Shown here one piece after another: positions 23,293 to 24,000 of a stretch of DNA of 24,000 nt (position 1 is the first letter of the stretch; the number at the start of each line of letters is the position of its first letter). Under the pieces are notes generated by a model that was not told where the DNA came from, searched no databases, and saw only the letters and a list, made by a program, of their open reading frames with translations. Source of the stretch: an uncultured Clostridia bacterium (GTDB lineage: Bacteria; Bacillota; Clostridia; Christensenellales; UBA1242); assembly GCA_934757865.1 (NCBI GenBank), contig CAKVLS010000001.1:243545-267544 (forward strand), written 5' to 3'. Made by a program: the position numbers and the translations under genes.

Positions 23293-24000
23293 ATGGCAGC
23301 GACAGAAAAAAATAAAGAGGTACTTAACCAGCTAAGTATGTTTGATGCTGGTTACAAATTCCATTTGCAAAACTTTGATGGCCCACTAGACCTTCTTTTG
23401 CACCTTATCAAAGAAAGCAAAATGGAAATATTTGAAGTTAATTTGTCAGAGATAACAGAGCAGTACTTGGCATACCTATCAGAGCTAGACACTTTAGATA
23501 TGGACAAGGCTGCGGACTTTATAGATGTGGCATCAACACTTGTTGAGATAAAATCAAAGAGCTTACTTCCTAAACTTGATGAAGGCGATGAGGAAGACGA
23601 TGTTGACCCTGCTACAAAACTTAGACAACAAATTATGGAGTATAAGCTTTTCAAAGATGTTTGCGAAAGACTTAAAGTATATGAAAATGTTGATAGATTT
23701 TATAAAACTCCAGACGAAAAAGTTAACGACTATAGATTTGTGCTACAAGACATGAAACTTGACGGACTTCTTAATGCTTTTGCTAATGTTTTGACAAGAA
23801 TAAAAACTGAAGAAAAAGACGATGAGCCTAAGAAAATTGTAAGAGATAGATGGACCGTTGCCGAAAAGATTGAGTCTATCAAAACGACTCTTACTTTCAA
23901 AGAAAAGGTTAAGTTTACAGAGCTATTTGATAGCGATTATAGTAGAAGTGAGGTTATCAATGTTTTCCTTGCTTTGCTTGAACTTTTGAAGAGACAAGTA
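23293..24000 (+). CDS. scpA: Segregation and condensation protein A, N-terminal part (3' end outside the window)
   Basis: This ORF is absent from the track because it has no stop within the window. My own translation from ATG 23293 is open to base 24000. It reads MAATEKNKEVLNQLSMFDAGYKFHLQNFDGPLDLLLHLIKESKMEIFEVNLSEITEQYLAYL...DFIDVASTLVEIKSKSLLP, the ScpA signature. Confidence 0.85.
   Translation, partial: MAATEKNKEVLNQLSMFDAGYKFHLQNFDGPLDLLLHLIKESKMEIFEVNLSEITEQYLAYLSELDTLDMDKAADFIDVASTLVEIKSKSLLPKLDEGDEEDDVDPATKLRQQIMEYKLFKDVCERLKVYENVDRFYKTPDEKVNDYRFVLQDMKLDGLLNAFANVLTRIKTEEKDDEPKKIVRDRWTVAEKIESIKTTLTFKEKVKFTELFDSDYSRSEVINVFLALLELLKRQV

Overview
This is a core chromosomal segment from a low-G+C, endospore-forming Firmicute with Clostridia-like gene order. 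All supported genes lie on the + strand. Gene order: infB (3' part), rbfA, a DHH phosphoesterase, truB, an Nfo-family TIM-barrel protein, efp, the complete spoIIIAA-AH operon, asp23-family, nusB, xseA, xseB, proS. Then comes an ~820-bp ORF-free gap, followed by a small 4-TM protein, argR, recN, spoIVB, a spo0A-like gene, a SpoIIM-like membrane protein, a PNP-family protein, a DD-carboxypeptidase, an M50 protease and scpA (5' part). I found no rRNA, tRNA, CRISPR array or mobile element. The outstanding feature is the gap at 13255-14076. It has its own near-consensus promoter, a sharp G+C rise and many hand-foldable helices, including a 14-bp long-range helix. No terminator separates it from the downstream basic-N-terminus 4-TM protein. 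Size, architecture and neighbourhood fit the published OLE RNA / OapA ribonucleoprotein locus. The usual ispA/dxs neighbours are missing here and proS takes their place. I cannot confirm identity to the OLE consensus by eye. Secondary observations: the Spo0A orthologue has an intact DNA-binding domain but a degenerate receiver domain. A cluster of ARG boxes, including a perfect 20-bp palindrome, sits upstream of argR. A 16-nt palindromic motif is shared by two distant intergenic regions. The spoIVB start is embedded in the recN terminator.
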